Sequence record: PV796108.1
Length of the DNA: 64,000 nucleotides
Strand: one strand, 5' to 3'
Positions within the stretch are counted from its first letter, which is position 1. Every line of letters begins with the position of its first letter. The notes beneath the pieces were generated by a model. The model was given only the letters and a program-made list of their open reading frames with translations. It did not search any database and was not told the origin of the DNA. Positions 36,453-45,574 of this stretch are shown one piece after another. A program made the translations under genes and the position numbers.

Positions 36453-38525
36453 ATGTCATACGAATTAACTGGTGCTGAATATAATAACAACGATAGCGAA
36501 AGAGATGGATACCCTGAGTTTGAATTAAGCTTACAAGCTCATTTCGATAAAGTAGTTGCTAGTGGTAAAAAGCTATTTACTACTGATGTAGAAGGCTTAT
36601 ATGAAATGTACTTAGAGAACTTACCTGAGCACAAACCAGGTACTCGCCAGCATTATACGTGTCATGGATGTAAACATTTCTTCGAGCGTTATGGTCGTTT
36701 AGTAACAATTGATGAAAATGGTATTTTCCGTTCTGCAATCTTTGATGAAGGTATTGTTCCTGATTTCTTTGTTGATGCTGTTATTAAAATGCGTCATGCA
36801 GTTTTAACTTCTAATGTAAATGGTGTATTTGTTCCAGATGCACGAGTATTAGGCACACCTAAAACTGGTGAGTGGACACACGTTCATATTCGTTTACCAC
36901 AAGATATGGTGAATCGCAATGTGTTACGTACTGGACCTCAAGTAGCAGCTCAGAAACGTGAAGATTTCAATGTTTTACGTCGTGTATCATCTCAGCATAC
37001 ATTAGAAACTGTTGACCAAGCTATTGCATTGCTAAAATCTGAAACTGTTAATCGTGGAAATCGTTATGTTCCTCATGCTGAATGGTTTAAGAATGTATTA
37101 GTAAAATTGAATGAAGTAATGACTCCACAGGCGCAACGTAATTACTTATGGCTTGCGGTGGCTGAAGCCCCTAATGGATTCATTCCATCTAATAGCAGTA
37201 ACTTAGGTCAATTATTAAATGATATTGCTGAGTTCCCGTTAGCTACAGCAGGTGAAAGACTAGCTGAACGTTTACGTCCGTCTACATTTATGCGTACTGT
37301 AACGCCACCATCTGCTAATGCAATCCGTGAAGCAGAGAAAACGTTTGATAAACTTGCTGAAGCTGGTATGGTAAGTAAGGATTCATTGAAACGTCGTTAT
37401 GCTAAGATTGAAGAAGTTCCTGAAATGTCATGGGAGCCAAAGTTAAAAATCACTGACAAAGCTGTTAAGCCTGGTGGTGTATTCGGTCATATCGTACCAA
37501 AAGAACAAAAAGCTGTACCTGTTAAAGATACTGCTTTAGCTTCTAAAGTAATGACATGGAGTAAGTTTGAGCGTACGATTTTGCCTACGGCTGATAAGCT
37601 TGAAGCATTAATCGACAATCCAGACAGATTCATGGCTTTAGTTACTGCTGGTGTTGAAGGCACACCAAACATGTTACAGTGGGACAATGAGTTCTCATGG
37701 TATTATCATGGTGGTGTAGATGCTGAAATTAAGCGTCGTGTTGAAGCAGCAGGTGGTCGTTATGAAGATAATGCACTTCGTGTATCTCTATCATGGGAAA
37801 ATTACACTGACCTTGATATTCATGGTGTAACTCCAGCGAAGCAACATATCTACTATCGTTCTCCACGTAGTTCTTGTGGTGGTTACTTAGATGTAGATGC
37901 AAATGGTGGTCGTGCAACAACAATGACTCCAGTAGAGAACATTCGTTGGAAAGATAATGCTCCTGATGGACGTTATCGTTTCTTCGTTCATAATTACCAA
38001 GAACGTGGAACTGGTAAAACTCCATTCAAGGTTGAACTTGAAGTTAAAGGTAAAACATGGACATACCATGGCGTATCTGGTGCTACTGGATGGCAAGTGG
38101 ATGTGTTCGAGTTTGATTATGTAAATGGTGAAGTTACTCATATTCGTCATACTGCTATCACTTCAAATGATTCTTGGACAGCTCAACCAAATACGTTCGT
38201 TGAAGTTAAAGGTATTACAACTTCTCCTAACTTATGGGGTAAAAATCCTGTTCCTCATGCAGGTAATCATACATTCTTCTTATTAGAAGGTGTGAAAGAT
38301 AAATCTGAAGGATGTGGTCGTGGATTCTTTAACGAACACTTGAAATCAGAGTTCCGTGAGATTCGTCGAGTACTTGAAGAGTATGCAAATAGTGCTGTAA
38401 TTGAAGGCGCTGACGAAGCTACTGCATGTGGTTTAGGATTTAGTAAAGATGCTGAATGGAATGTTACACTGAAAGTTACAACAGGTAATACAACTCAACT
38501 GGTTAAGATTGACCGTTGGGATTAA
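36453..38525 (+). CDS. 690-aa protein with CxxC and YfaP/DUF2135-like domain
   Basis: HYTCHGCKHF; LRVSLSW...DLDIH...GGYLDVDANGG...PVENIRW...PDGRYRFFVHNY. Confidence 0.65.
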   Translation: MSYELTGAEYNNNDSERDGYPEFELSLQAHFDKVVASGKKLFTTDVEGLYEMYLENLPEHKPGTRQHYTCHGCKHFFERYGRLVTIDENGIFRSAIFDEGIVPDFFVDAVIKMRHAVLTSNVNGVFVPDARVLGTPKTGEWTHVHIRLPQDMVNRNVLRTGPQVAAQKREDFNVLRRVSSQHTLETVDQAIALLKSETVNRGNRYVPHAEWFKNVLVKLNEVMTPQAQRNYLWLAVAEAPNGFIPSNSSNLGQLLNDIAEFPLATAGERLAERLRPSTFMRTVTPPSANAIREAEKTFDKLAEAGMVSKDSLKRRYAKIEEVPEMSWEPKLKITDKAVKPGGVFGHIVPKEQKAVPVKDTALASKVMTWSKFERTILPTADKLEALIDNPDRFMALVTAGVEGTPNMLQWDNEFSWYYHGGVDAEIKRRVEAAGGRYEDNALRVSLSWENYTDLDIHGVTPAKQHIYYRSPRSSCGGYLDVDANGGRATTMTPVENIRWKDNAPDGRYRFFVHNYQERGTGKTPFKVELEVKGKTWTYHGVSGATGWQVDVFEFDYVNGEVTHIRHTAITSNDSWTAQPNTFVEVKGITTSPNLWGKNPVPHAGNHTFFLLEGVKDKSEGCGRGFFNEHLKSEFREIRRVLEEYANSAVIEGADEATACGLGFSKDAEWNVTLKVTTGNTTQLVKIDRWD

Positions 38526-38527
38526 TT

Positions 38528-38552
38528 GGAGGCTTCGGCCTCCTCTTATTTT
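38528..38552 (+). terminator. Intrinsic terminator
   Basis: GGAGGC-TTCG-GCCTCC followed by a T-rich tail. Confidence 0.75.
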
Positions 38553-38562
38553 GAGGTGAACC

Positions 38563-38778
38563 ATGAAAGAAGGAGTTACTTACAATTCAAGAAAAGAATC
38601 CGATTTTATTAAACGGATGGAACCGAAAAAAAGGGAAAGATACATTAAAGAATGGATTGCTAGATGTAATCCAAATGAATTACTTCCTTTTATCACAATC
38701 TTAGAACACGATAAACATTATCGTGAAATCAAGTATGCAATTCAAATACCAAATACAGAAACCAAGGGAGAGAATTAA
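38563..38778 (+). CDS. Hypothetical protein
   Basis: 71 aa, GAGGTGA SD. Confidence 0.65.
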   Translation: MKEGVTYNSRKESDFIKRMEPKKRERYIKEWIARCNPNELLPFITILEHDKHYREIKYAIQIPNTETKGEN

Positions 38779-38780
38779 AA

Positions 38781-39860
38781 ATGAAAATTATTAACTACGG
38801 AAACACTTATGAAATCTACTCTGATGACTTACGTACATACGATTTATTACCAGCTGGTACTTATAAAGTTGCTTTCGATCCAATGTCAGGTTTCTCTTTA
38901 GTAAAAGTTGATAACTTTGTAACATTAGAAGAAAAGATTTATGGTAATCACATCGAAAAGATTGATAAAGTATTAGAGTCATATGACCGTTTCAATCGTA
39001 GTTTAGGTGTCATTTTAAGTGGTGACAAAGGTATGGGTAAATCATTATTCACTCAGCTTTTATCTCAAAAGGCTGTTGAAAAAGAATTACCAGTTATCAT
39101 GGTTACAAAAGCTTACCCTGGTGTAGCTGACTTCATCGACAAAATTAAGCAAGATGCATTGATTATGTTTGATGAGTTCGAAAAAGTATTTAGTATTTCT
39201 GGTGGTCAAGGTGAATCACAAAATAACCTTTTAGGCTTATTTGATGGTACATCTCAAGTTAAACGTTTATATGCAATTACTGTTAACAATTTGCGTCATG
39301 TAAGTGAGTTTATGGTGAGCCGTACTGGTCGTTTCCATTACCATATACGTTTTGATTATCCAACTGCTGCTGAAATCGAAATCTACTTAAAAGATAAGAT
39401 TGAAGAACAGTATTATGGTGAAATCAAGCATGTGGTTGCATTCGCTAATAAAGTGAAGCTGAACTATGATAGCTTGCGTGCAATTGCATTTGAATTAAAT
39501 GGTGGTATTAGCTTCCGTGCTGCTATTAGTGATTTAAATATCTTAGCAACTGATACACAACGCTATGATATTAAAGTTATCTTTACTGATGACAAAGTAA
39601 CAACAATTACTGGTCAACATATGAACCTATTCCAAGAGAAGATTCGTATTGATGGATATAAAGATGGTGGAGATTACTTCTCTATTACATTTGAAGGGAA
39701 CAAAATTAAATCGGAAATGAACCGTATGTTTGTTCTTGGTGAAGACCTTCAATCAGAATCTATGGATGAAGATGGCGATAAGGTTACACAATATGGTGTT
39801 AAAGCTGTTGAGCTTGTTCGTCAAAAAGAATCAGCTGTTAACTATCGTTTAGATTATTAA
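38781..39860 (+). CDS. AAA+ family ATPase
   Basis: Walker A GDKGMGKS, Walker B LIMFDEFEK, sensor/Arg finger ITVNN...SRTGRF. Confidence 0.9.
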   Translation: MKIINYGNTYEIYSDDLRTYDLLPAGTYKVAFDPMSGFSLVKVDNFVTLEEKIYGNHIEKIDKVLESYDRFNRSLGVILSGDKGMGKSLFTQLLSQKAVEKELPVIMVTKAYPGVADFIDKIKQDALIMFDEFEKVFSISGGQGESQNNLLGLFDGTSQVKRLYAITVNNLRHVSEFMVSRTGRFHYHIRFDYPTAAEIEIYLKDKIEEQYYGEIKHVVAFANKVKLNYDSLRAIAFELNGGISFRAAISDLNILATDTQRYDIKVIFTDDKVTTITGQHMNLFQEKIRIDGYKDGGDYFSITFEGNKIKSEMNRMFVLGEDLQSESMDEDGDKVTQYGVKAVELVRQKESAVNYRLDY

Positions 39861-39919
39861 TATGAAAAACTGGGAGTAGTCGCTAACGTGGCTATTCCCT
39901 TTTTTAGTGTAAAGAAAGG

Positions 39920-40156
39920 ATGATTAGAATGGTTGATTGGATGCAAGTTATCTTTTATATTGGAGCAACTACTGTTATTGGTGTTTCTATAACACAAGCA
40001 ATTATTACTTCTCGTTTTATTCAGTATTATATAACAACTGGTCAATGGGACCATCCTGATTACAATAAGAAAAAACAAGTGTTATTCCGTCATGTTATAA
40101 TAGCAGTATTCTTTATTGCATGGTTTTTAGGTAATATCATTATGCAGTATGCTTAG
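39920..40156 (+). CDS. Two-TM membrane protein
   Basis: Paralog of 35425. Confidence 0.7.
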   Translation: MIRMVDWMQVIFYIGATTVIGVSITQAIITSRFIQYYITTGQWDHPDYNKKKQVLFRHVIIAVFFIAWFLGNIIMQYA

Positions 40157-40171
40157 AAAGGGGAGAACATT

Positions 40172-40789
40172 ATGATTGATAGAGTTAGGTCTTTACTAGG
40201 TTTAGATAAACCAAAAGAAAGAAAAGTAGCTACAACTAGTCGAGCTTTTACAGATGAGGAAGTTGCAAAACACGAAGAAATGGAAAAGATACGTGTTCAA
40301 CTTGCTGAAAAAGAATCAGCTAAATTACTTGATGTATTAAAGAAAGAATTGGTTTCAGGCGAAACTTGTTATATATATGGTATGAACAGAGGATTTCATT
40401 GGGGCCAAAGAAGACAAACGCTTGCTAAAGCATGGCTAGAAGATGATGGTATTAGATTTGGTAGATTTGCAAATAAACTATTTACACCTGAAGAAGAAGA
40501 TGTTTTATTAAAGAACTTCTATGATATGTTTTATAGTCATTTTGTAGAATATCATTTTAAATTCCCAAATGAAGTAGAAGAATCATTAGTTGCATTAGAA
40601 TCTCCTAGAAATTTAAAGCTTTCATTAGGTTCTACTTCTTTATGGGTAGAGAATGGTAGGTATCTTACTCAATTAAGTGATGCGGAGCCAGTAGAGGTAC
40701 ACTTAAAGGATTTCCACGATCATTTGAATATGCTTGAATTAGCTGCTCCTAAATGGAGTGTAAGAGGTGATAATAATCATGACAGCTGA
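40172..40789 (+). CDS. Hypothetical protein
   Basis: 205 aa, GGGGAG SD. Confidence 0.75.
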   Translation: MIDRVRSLLGLDKPKERKVATTSRAFTDEEVAKHEEMEKIRVQLAEKESAKLLDVLKKELVSGETCYIYGMNRGFHWGQRRQTLAKAWLEDDGIRFGRFANKLFTPEEEDVLLKNFYDMFYSHFVEYHFKFPNEVEESLVALESPRNLKLSLGSTSLWVENGRYLTQLSDAEPVEVHLKDFHDHLNMLELAAPKWSVRGDNNHDS

Positions 40790-40964
40790 AGAAAGAAGTA
40801 GTCTGAAACAAGGTGATATTCTTATTCATAATGAAACAAAAAAAGAATTCACCGTTATTGATTGGCCGACTGGTCAGTTAATATTTGTTGATGATGATGC
40901 TCATGGTGTTTATACTAAAGACTTAAATTTAGAAAGCTATACGGTTAAAAAGAAGGAGGGCTAA
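40767..40964 (+). CDS. Small SH3/KOW-like protein
   Basis: LKQGDILIHN; start uncertain. Confidence 0.6.
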   Translation: MIIIMTAEERSSLKQGDILIHNETKKEFTVIDWPTGQLIFVDDDAHGVYTKDLNLESYTVKKKEG

Positions 40965-41000
40965 TCAGCTCTCTTTTTTTGCCGCTAAGGAGGGTATCGT

Positions 41001-41132
41001 ATGAAAAAGAAAAAGAAACCAGCAATTAAACTTGGTCGAGCGACTTGGCATATACGTCCATCAACGAAAGTGAAGGACAGTGACAAGCGTTACAATCGCA
41101 AGTCCAAAGATTGGAAGAAAGATTTGGATTGA
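41001..41132 (+). CDS. 43-aa highly basic peptide
   Basis: AAGGAGG SD; MKKKKKPAIKLGRATWHIRPSTKVKDSDKRYNRKSKDWKKDLD. Confidence 0.65.
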   Translation: MKKKKKPAIKLGRATWHIRPSTKVKDSDKRYNRKSKDWKKDLD

Positions 41133-41157
41133 TATATTCCCTTTATGGGTTTATATA
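41129..41157 (+). promoter_or_regulatory. SigmaA-like promoter
   Basis: TTGATA-N17-TATATA upstream of 41184. Confidence 0.45.
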
Positions 41158-41183
41158 TACATAAAATTAGGGGAGGAAATGTT

Positions 41184-41597
41184 ATGACAAATACTACAAA
41201 TCATCAGTATCAAATTCCAGTAACAACATCGTTTTATCTTTTTAGAGATTATCGTAATAGCCCAGCTGTTAGCGTTATCTTTAGCTTTGTTTCACCAATC
41301 TCCAATACTAAATTTGAAGATAGATTCCAATTAGTAGGTGGCACAAGCTATCAGGATTTAATGGAAAAAACACTTGAGCTTTATAAAGACCCAGTTGCTC
41401 TTCAGAAACAAATTCATACACAAATTCAGAAGAAAATTGAAAGTGTTCTTCGTGTACAAGTACCAGTTGATATTTACGATGCAAAAACTGAGTATGATTT
41501 CAATAAAGCTTTAGCTACATCGAATTTCAGCTTTACAGCTCCAATTGATTTAAATCAAAGCATTCAACCTAATCCTGTTGTAAATGAGGTGCAGTAA
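41184..41597 (+). CDS. Hypothetical protein, paralog of 41597
   Basis: Start moved to ATG 41184; FVSPISN motif. Confidence 0.7.
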   Translation: MTNTTNHQYQIPVTTSFYLFRDYRNSPAVSVIFSFVSPISNTKFEDRFQLVGGTSYQDLMEKTLELYKDPVALQKQIHTQIQKKIESVLRVQVPVDIYDAKTEYDFNKALATSNFSFTAPIDLNQSIQPNPVVNEVQ

Positions 41598-41995
41598 TGA
41601 TTGATACGTCAGATTTAAAAGTTACAACATTTGAAGTCGTAGCAAGCTTATGGTACAAACATACTTATTTAAATGAGTACAAAACACATCTTATTTTAGG
41701 GATAACAACTTTCACTTCACCTATCTCTAATAAGCCTTTTACAAATAAAATCACTTTGTCTTCTGGACAAAATTTAAAAACTGTTCAAGCTGAAGCACAA
41801 GCATTGTTGAATGATACAACTTCTTTACGCAATCTGGTTGCAGAATCAATAGTTGAAACTATTCGTTCAGAAATTGAACAAACAAAAGAATTAACAGAAG
41901 ATGAACGAGCTATTTTCTACGGCATGTTAGGTGGGAATTATCAGTTTAACAGCGGTGTCCATATTGATTTAACAGAGGAAGTACAAAGAGGTTAA
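41597..41995 (+). CDS. Hypothetical protein, paralog of 41184
   Basis: FTSPISN motif. Confidence 0.7.
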   Translation: MIDTSDLKVTTFEVVASLWYKHTYLNEYKTHLILGITTFTSPISNKPFTNKITLSSGQNLKTVQAEAQALLNDTTSLRNLVAESIVETIRSEIEQTKELTEDERAIFYGMLGGNYQFNSGVHIDLTEEVQRG

Positions 41996-42001
41996 TAAAT
42001 C

Positions 42002-42024
42002 GCGGGCTTCGGTCCGCTTTTTTT
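42002..42024 (+). terminator. Intrinsic terminator followed by CCGCTAAAGGAG
   Basis: GCGGGC-TTCG-GTCCGC plus T7. Confidence 0.8.
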
Positions 42025-42047
42025 ATTCCGCTAAAGGAGTGATAATA

Positions 42048-42356
42048 ATGGGTAAAGTAATTAGAACTACTGATGTTAGAATTCCAATCACTGTTAGAGA
42101 TATTGGTGGTGGTGAAATCATCTTTTATGCTTCTACTTATCATCCTACTTATGATTCTGCATCAGATCGTTATCCAGTTCCAAAATGTCCAGAAAACGAC
42201 CACCTATTAGGAGAAGATGTTATGGATGCTAATAGACGAGATATGTATAGAAGAGATAGTTGGGTATTACCGAAGCACAAAGTTAAACTAGCAAAGGCGG
42301 ACAACAGAGCTACTAGCGGTAAGTTCAAAAAGGAAGGTGAGATTTTTGAGCTTTAA
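42048..42356 (+). CDS. Paralog family A (divergent) with C-terminal motif
   Basis: PKCPENDHLL; ends DNRATSGKFKKEG. Confidence 0.7.
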   Translation: MGKVIRTTDVRIPITVRDIGGGEIIFYASTYHPTYDSASDRYPVPKCPENDHLLGEDVMDANRRDMYRRDSWVLPKHKVKLAKADNRATSGKFKKEGEIFEL

Positions 42357-42630
42357 TATAGGTGATAAAGTAGAAATTGTTAAAGGTAATTCGTATTTTA
42401 ACCAGCAATTCAGTGGAATGGTAAAGCTGGAAGGAGTCATTACAGATGTCTCAGGACAAAATGAATGGGCTAGTACTACCTTTCAATACAAAGTAAGCTG
42501 GATGTTAAATGGAAAAGAAAGAGCTGCATATCTTTATAATGATTGTGATTTAGCTCTACTTGTCATCAACAATCAAAAAGTATCGTCTAGGTTAAAACAA
42601 GATGATACGGAAGATTGGATGACTATATGA
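42337..42630 (+). CDS. Paralog family B with C-terminal motif
   Basis: FNIGDKVEI...YKVSW...YNDCDL; ends NNQKVSSRLKQDD. Confidence 0.75.
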   Translation: MRFLSFNIGDKVEIVKGNSYFNQQFSGMVKLEGVITDVSGQNEWASTTFQYKVSWMLNGKERAAYLYNDCDLALLVINNQKVSSRLKQDDTEDWMTI

Positions 42631-42947
42631 TGTTACTTCCAATTGGTACGAAAGTAATTGTCCGTGAAGGTACACAATTTAAAGGTCAAGATTCTTATTT
42701 CGATGATTTTCCTATTCTTAGAAACAGTAGCTATACTGGTAATGATAAAAAACAAGGTTATGGGATTATATATCAATACATTAACATTGAAGATTTTTGT
42801 TATAGTGTTCGTTGGTATAAGCAAAATGGTGAGCAATATGCTTCCAATAACTATCGTAAAAGTGATTTACAAGCATTAACTAGTAACAATGAAGAAACTT
42901 TAAACAGACTTAAATCTGATGAAGATGCAAGCATAGGAGGATTCTAA
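42615..42947 (+). CDS. Paralog family B with C-terminal motif
   Basis: LPIGTKVIVR...YSVRW...NNYRKSDL; ends NNEETLNRLKSDE. Confidence 0.75.
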   Translation: MDDYMMLLPIGTKVIVREGTQFKGQDSYFDDFPILRNSSYTGNDKKQGYGIIYQYINIEDFCYSVRWYKQNGEQYASNNYRKSDLQALTSNNEETLNRLKSDEDASIGGF

Positions 42948-43235
42948 ATGAAAGAAGATTTGCTTCCTATTGGTACAAAGGTAAGATTGCGGACTGATTC
43001 TGAATACAAAGGTCAAGATAAATATAATCTTGATGGCAATAAGATATATGGATATGGAATCATTCATAAGCATCGAGAAACATACGGTATGTTTAAGTAT
43101 ATGGTTCAATGGTTTAAGCATACTGGTGAGCATTTTAATAGTAATGCTTATCGTAAAATTGATTTAGATGTAATCGAAGAAACTAATAAAAGTTCGGTTA
43201 ACAACTTTAAAGTTGAGAAAGATATCCTATTATAG
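42948..43235 (+). CDS. Paralog family B with C-terminal motif
   Basis: LPIGTKVRLR...YMVQW...NAYRKIDL; ends TNKSSVNNFKVEK. Confidence 0.75.
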   Translation: MKEDLLPIGTKVRLRTDSEYKGQDKYNLDGNKIYGYGIIHKHRETYGMFKYMVQWFKHTGEHFNSNAYRKIDLDVIEETNKSSVNNFKVEKDILL

Positions 43236-43253
43236 AAAGGGGAGAAAAGAAGA

Positions 43254-43367
43254 ATGTGTGTAAAACACAAATGGATTAAAGCATTTGAAGACAAAATACG
43301 TGGTCTTGAAGTTAAGAAGTGTGCGTTTTGTTGTAAAACAAGAAAGAAACGAACAAGAGCAAGTTAA
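43254..43367 (+). CDS. 37-aa basic Cys/His peptide
   Basis: GGGGAG SD; MCVKHKW...KKCAFCCK. Confidence 0.5.
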   Translation: MCVKHKWIKAFEDKIRGLEVKKCAFCCKTRKKRTRAS

Positions 43368-43382
43368 AGGAGGCTACTTCTT

Positions 43383-43811
43383 ATGTCTCATGTAAAAAAA
43401 GCAGGTACTTTAAAATATGAAGGTGAAACTCTTAATGTTTACATCAATGAAGAGTTTCCTGATGATGTAAAATCTTTCGTTCAAGAAGGAGAATGCAAAC
43501 CAATCATTATCTTATATATAGATGATGATGCGCCTCGTACAAAAGATAGCTTCATTATGAATTATGAACGCTACTTAAAAGATAAGCCGACAAAAGAACA
43601 CATTATTCCTGATATCATGAAAAAACTAACTATTGAAGATATTGGTTCCGTTCAACATTACACTGAAAATGGTTCTTTTCAACAAATTGTTGAGGATTCA
43701 GATATCGGAGTAATGGAGTGGGAAGAAGGTGGATTTTACATTGTATATCTTCCTCCTGAAAACAATGAAACTTCTATACGTAAGATGAGGTCGGAATTAG
43801 ATTACTCTTAG
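43383..43811 (+). CDS. Hypothetical protein with C-terminal motif
   Basis: Ends NNETSIRKMRSEL. Confidence 0.75.
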   Translation: MSHVKKAGTLKYEGETLNVYINEEFPDDVKSFVQEGECKPIIILYIDDDAPRTKDSFIMNYERYLKDKPTKEHIIPDIMKKLTIEDIGSVQHYTENGSFQQIVEDSDIGVMEWEEGGFYIVYLPPENNETSIRKMRSELDYS

Positions 43812-43819
43812 GGGAGAGG

Positions 43820-44101
43820 GTGAACATGTCTTATCAGTATTATTATGTAAGAGGAGAAACACCTCTGGTTTATACTAGTGATACAGATGACTGGGTTGAA
43901 CTCTTAACAAAGCATAGAGCAGTTTATCTTCCTATATCTCGTAAGAGAGTAGAAGAAACTGAACGTAAAGCTAAGAATACAATAAAGATATTAGGTTGGC
44001 GGCGTTCAAAAGCTGGTATTCTTTATGCTTTGTTGAAATTTGAAAATGAATTAACTAATATTCAATCCATCAATAGATGGAAAGAGGAGAGTTGCTTATG
44101 A
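43820..44101 (+). CDS. Hypothetical protein with C-terminal motif
   Basis: Ends TNIQSINRWKEESCL. Confidence 0.7.
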   Translation: MNMSYQYYYVRGETPLVYTSDTDDWVELLTKHRAVYLPISRKRVEETERKAKNTIKILGWRRSKAGILYALLKFENELTNIQSINRWKEESCL

Positions 44102-44478
44102 CAATGGAACCTCATGGCTATGTTGTTACTCCAGATGAAAAGATGTTTGTTGATTTGTATTTACATCAACGATTACATGAAGATGTTGTAGCATTACGAG
44201 CAAAGAACGGTAATCCAATTGCAGTTCTTACAAATGCTTCTACATCATCACGTATGCATCAAATCTTACGTTTATGTGAACCCTCTCTACGAGACGAAAC
44301 ATTACATGTTAAGATATTAGGTTCTTGTTCAGAATTACATGATGTTATACATATTAATAAACATGTAAAAAGTTCGTTAATGGTTGCAATGAACGAATAC
44401 AATCTTGCAGTCATTTCATTAGGTGGTAACAATACAGATAGTCTGAATCGAATGAGAAAAGAGGAGACTTGTTTATGA
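44098..44478 (+). CDS. Hypothetical protein with C-terminal motif
   Basis: Start moved to ATG 44098; ends NNTDSLNRMRKEETCL. Confidence 0.7.
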   Translation: MTMEPHGYVVTPDEKMFVDLYLHQRLHEDVVALRAKNGNPIAVLTNASTSSRMHQILRLCEPSLRDETLHVKILGSCSELHDVIHINKHVKSSLMVAMNEYNLAVISLGGNNTDSLNRMRKEETCL

Positions 44479-44861
44479 CATGGCAAGAATTAGCTGATAA
44501 GTATCTTGGTAAGACTACAGAATACATTGACCAGTTTGCTGCTAAATTAGGTACAACATCTGAGTATGCATTTGAAATCTTAGTTAAACAACAAATAGCA
44601 TCTGGTATATCAGGTGTTGTTTTCTTTACTGTTGTAATGATTTTTTCTACTATAGGAACTATTATTTCAACAAAAATGCATTTGAAACTAAAAGAAAACT
44701 ATAATTACTGCGATGGTTGGTTGGCAGGTATTATTATTGGTATTGTTATTGTTCTTCTTGCATTAGCAGGTATTTTATATAACATTCGATTAATCATGAA
44801 TCCTGAGTATTATGCAATACAGGATATCGTTAACTTCATCAAGGAGAAAGTAGGTAACTAA
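44475..44861 (+). CDS. Two-TM membrane protein with soluble termini
   Basis: GAGGAG SD; MTWQELADKYLGK..., two hydrophobic helices. Confidence 0.7.
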   Translation: MTWQELADKYLGKTTEYIDQFAAKLGTTSEYAFEILVKQQIASGISGVVFFTVVMIFSTIGTIISTKMHLKLKENYNYCDGWLAGIIIGIVIVLLALAGILYNIRLIMNPEYYAIQDIVNFIKEKVGN

Positions 44862-44862
44862 A

Positions 44863-45006
44863 GTGAAGTTCCTTATGTATTTAATTGTAGGAATTATATT
44901 CTTTGTGTTTGTAGCTCCTGTAATTGTAGCAGCAGCGGCTCCAGTACTATGTTTTGTGCTGGCTGCTGCTTTCATTGTTTTCATTGCTAAGATGACGAAA
45001 GGATGA
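44863..45006 (+). CDS. 47-aa hydrophobic peptide
   Basis: GTG start; MKFLMYLIVGIIFFVFVAP...; the track's minus-strand ORF here is its shadow. Confidence 0.55.
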   Translation: MKFLMYLIVGIIFFVFVAPVIVAAAAPVLCFVLAAAFIVFIAKMTKG

Positions 45007-45011
45007 GGTTC

Positions 45012-45158
45012 ATGCTTAAAGGCATTCTATATCTAATCATTGGTTTAATAATCTTCTTATTCGTTTTACCACTGATTATGTCAATTGCCTTTCCTATTAT
45101 TATCATGGCAATTATCGTTGGTTTTATATTTTGGTTTATAGGATTATTAAAGGAGTGA
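45012..45158 (+). CDS. 48-aa hydrophobic peptide, paralog of 44863
   Basis: GAGG SD; MLKGILYLIIGLIIFLFVLP... Confidence 0.55.
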   Translation: MLKGILYLIIGLIIFLFVLPLIMSIAFPIIIMAIIVGFIFWFIGLLKE

Positions 45159-45162
45159 TAAG

Positions 45163-45531
45163 ATGTCGATGTTAAGACACGTTGAAACAAATCATTGTCC
45201 AAAATGCGGTGAATCATTAGTAATTGAAGAGAAGGTTGGTCATAGTTATTTTAATGGTCAAATTCATGTTAGCGATCATATTAGTGGTCATCGTGATGAA
45301 ACAAGAAGATTTGCATGTGGGCAAGCAGTAAGTTATAGTAAAAACTTCCGTCAGGAAAAAGTAGAAACTGCTGGTTATACGTGTCTACGAGACCCTGAGC
45401 GAATCGAAAAAGAGAAACAAAAGGAAAAGCTGGAAGAAGACGTAAAGAACTTTATACGAGGTTCTGAGCTTCCAGAAGATGTGAAACGTTCCGTTGCTGC
45501 TAAACTCTATATTCATTTAGGAGAGGATTAA
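45163..45531 (+). CDS. Zn-finger-like protein
   Basis: HCPKCGE...FACG...TC. Confidence 0.7.
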   Translation: MSMLRHVETNHCPKCGESLVIEEKVGHSYFNGQIHVSDHISGHRDETRRFACGQAVSYSKNFRQEKVETAGYTCLRDPERIEKEKQKEKLEEDVKNFIRGSELPEDVKRSVAAKLYIHLGED

Positions 45532-45574
45532 TCTATCCTAAAGAAACAAAGGATGATAGAATAGGAGGTGCTTT

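Noticed and set aside
44790-45217. Minus-strand ORFs 44790 and 44987
   Set aside because: They are shadows of two plus-strand hydrophobic ORFs (44863, 45012) in an all-plus region.
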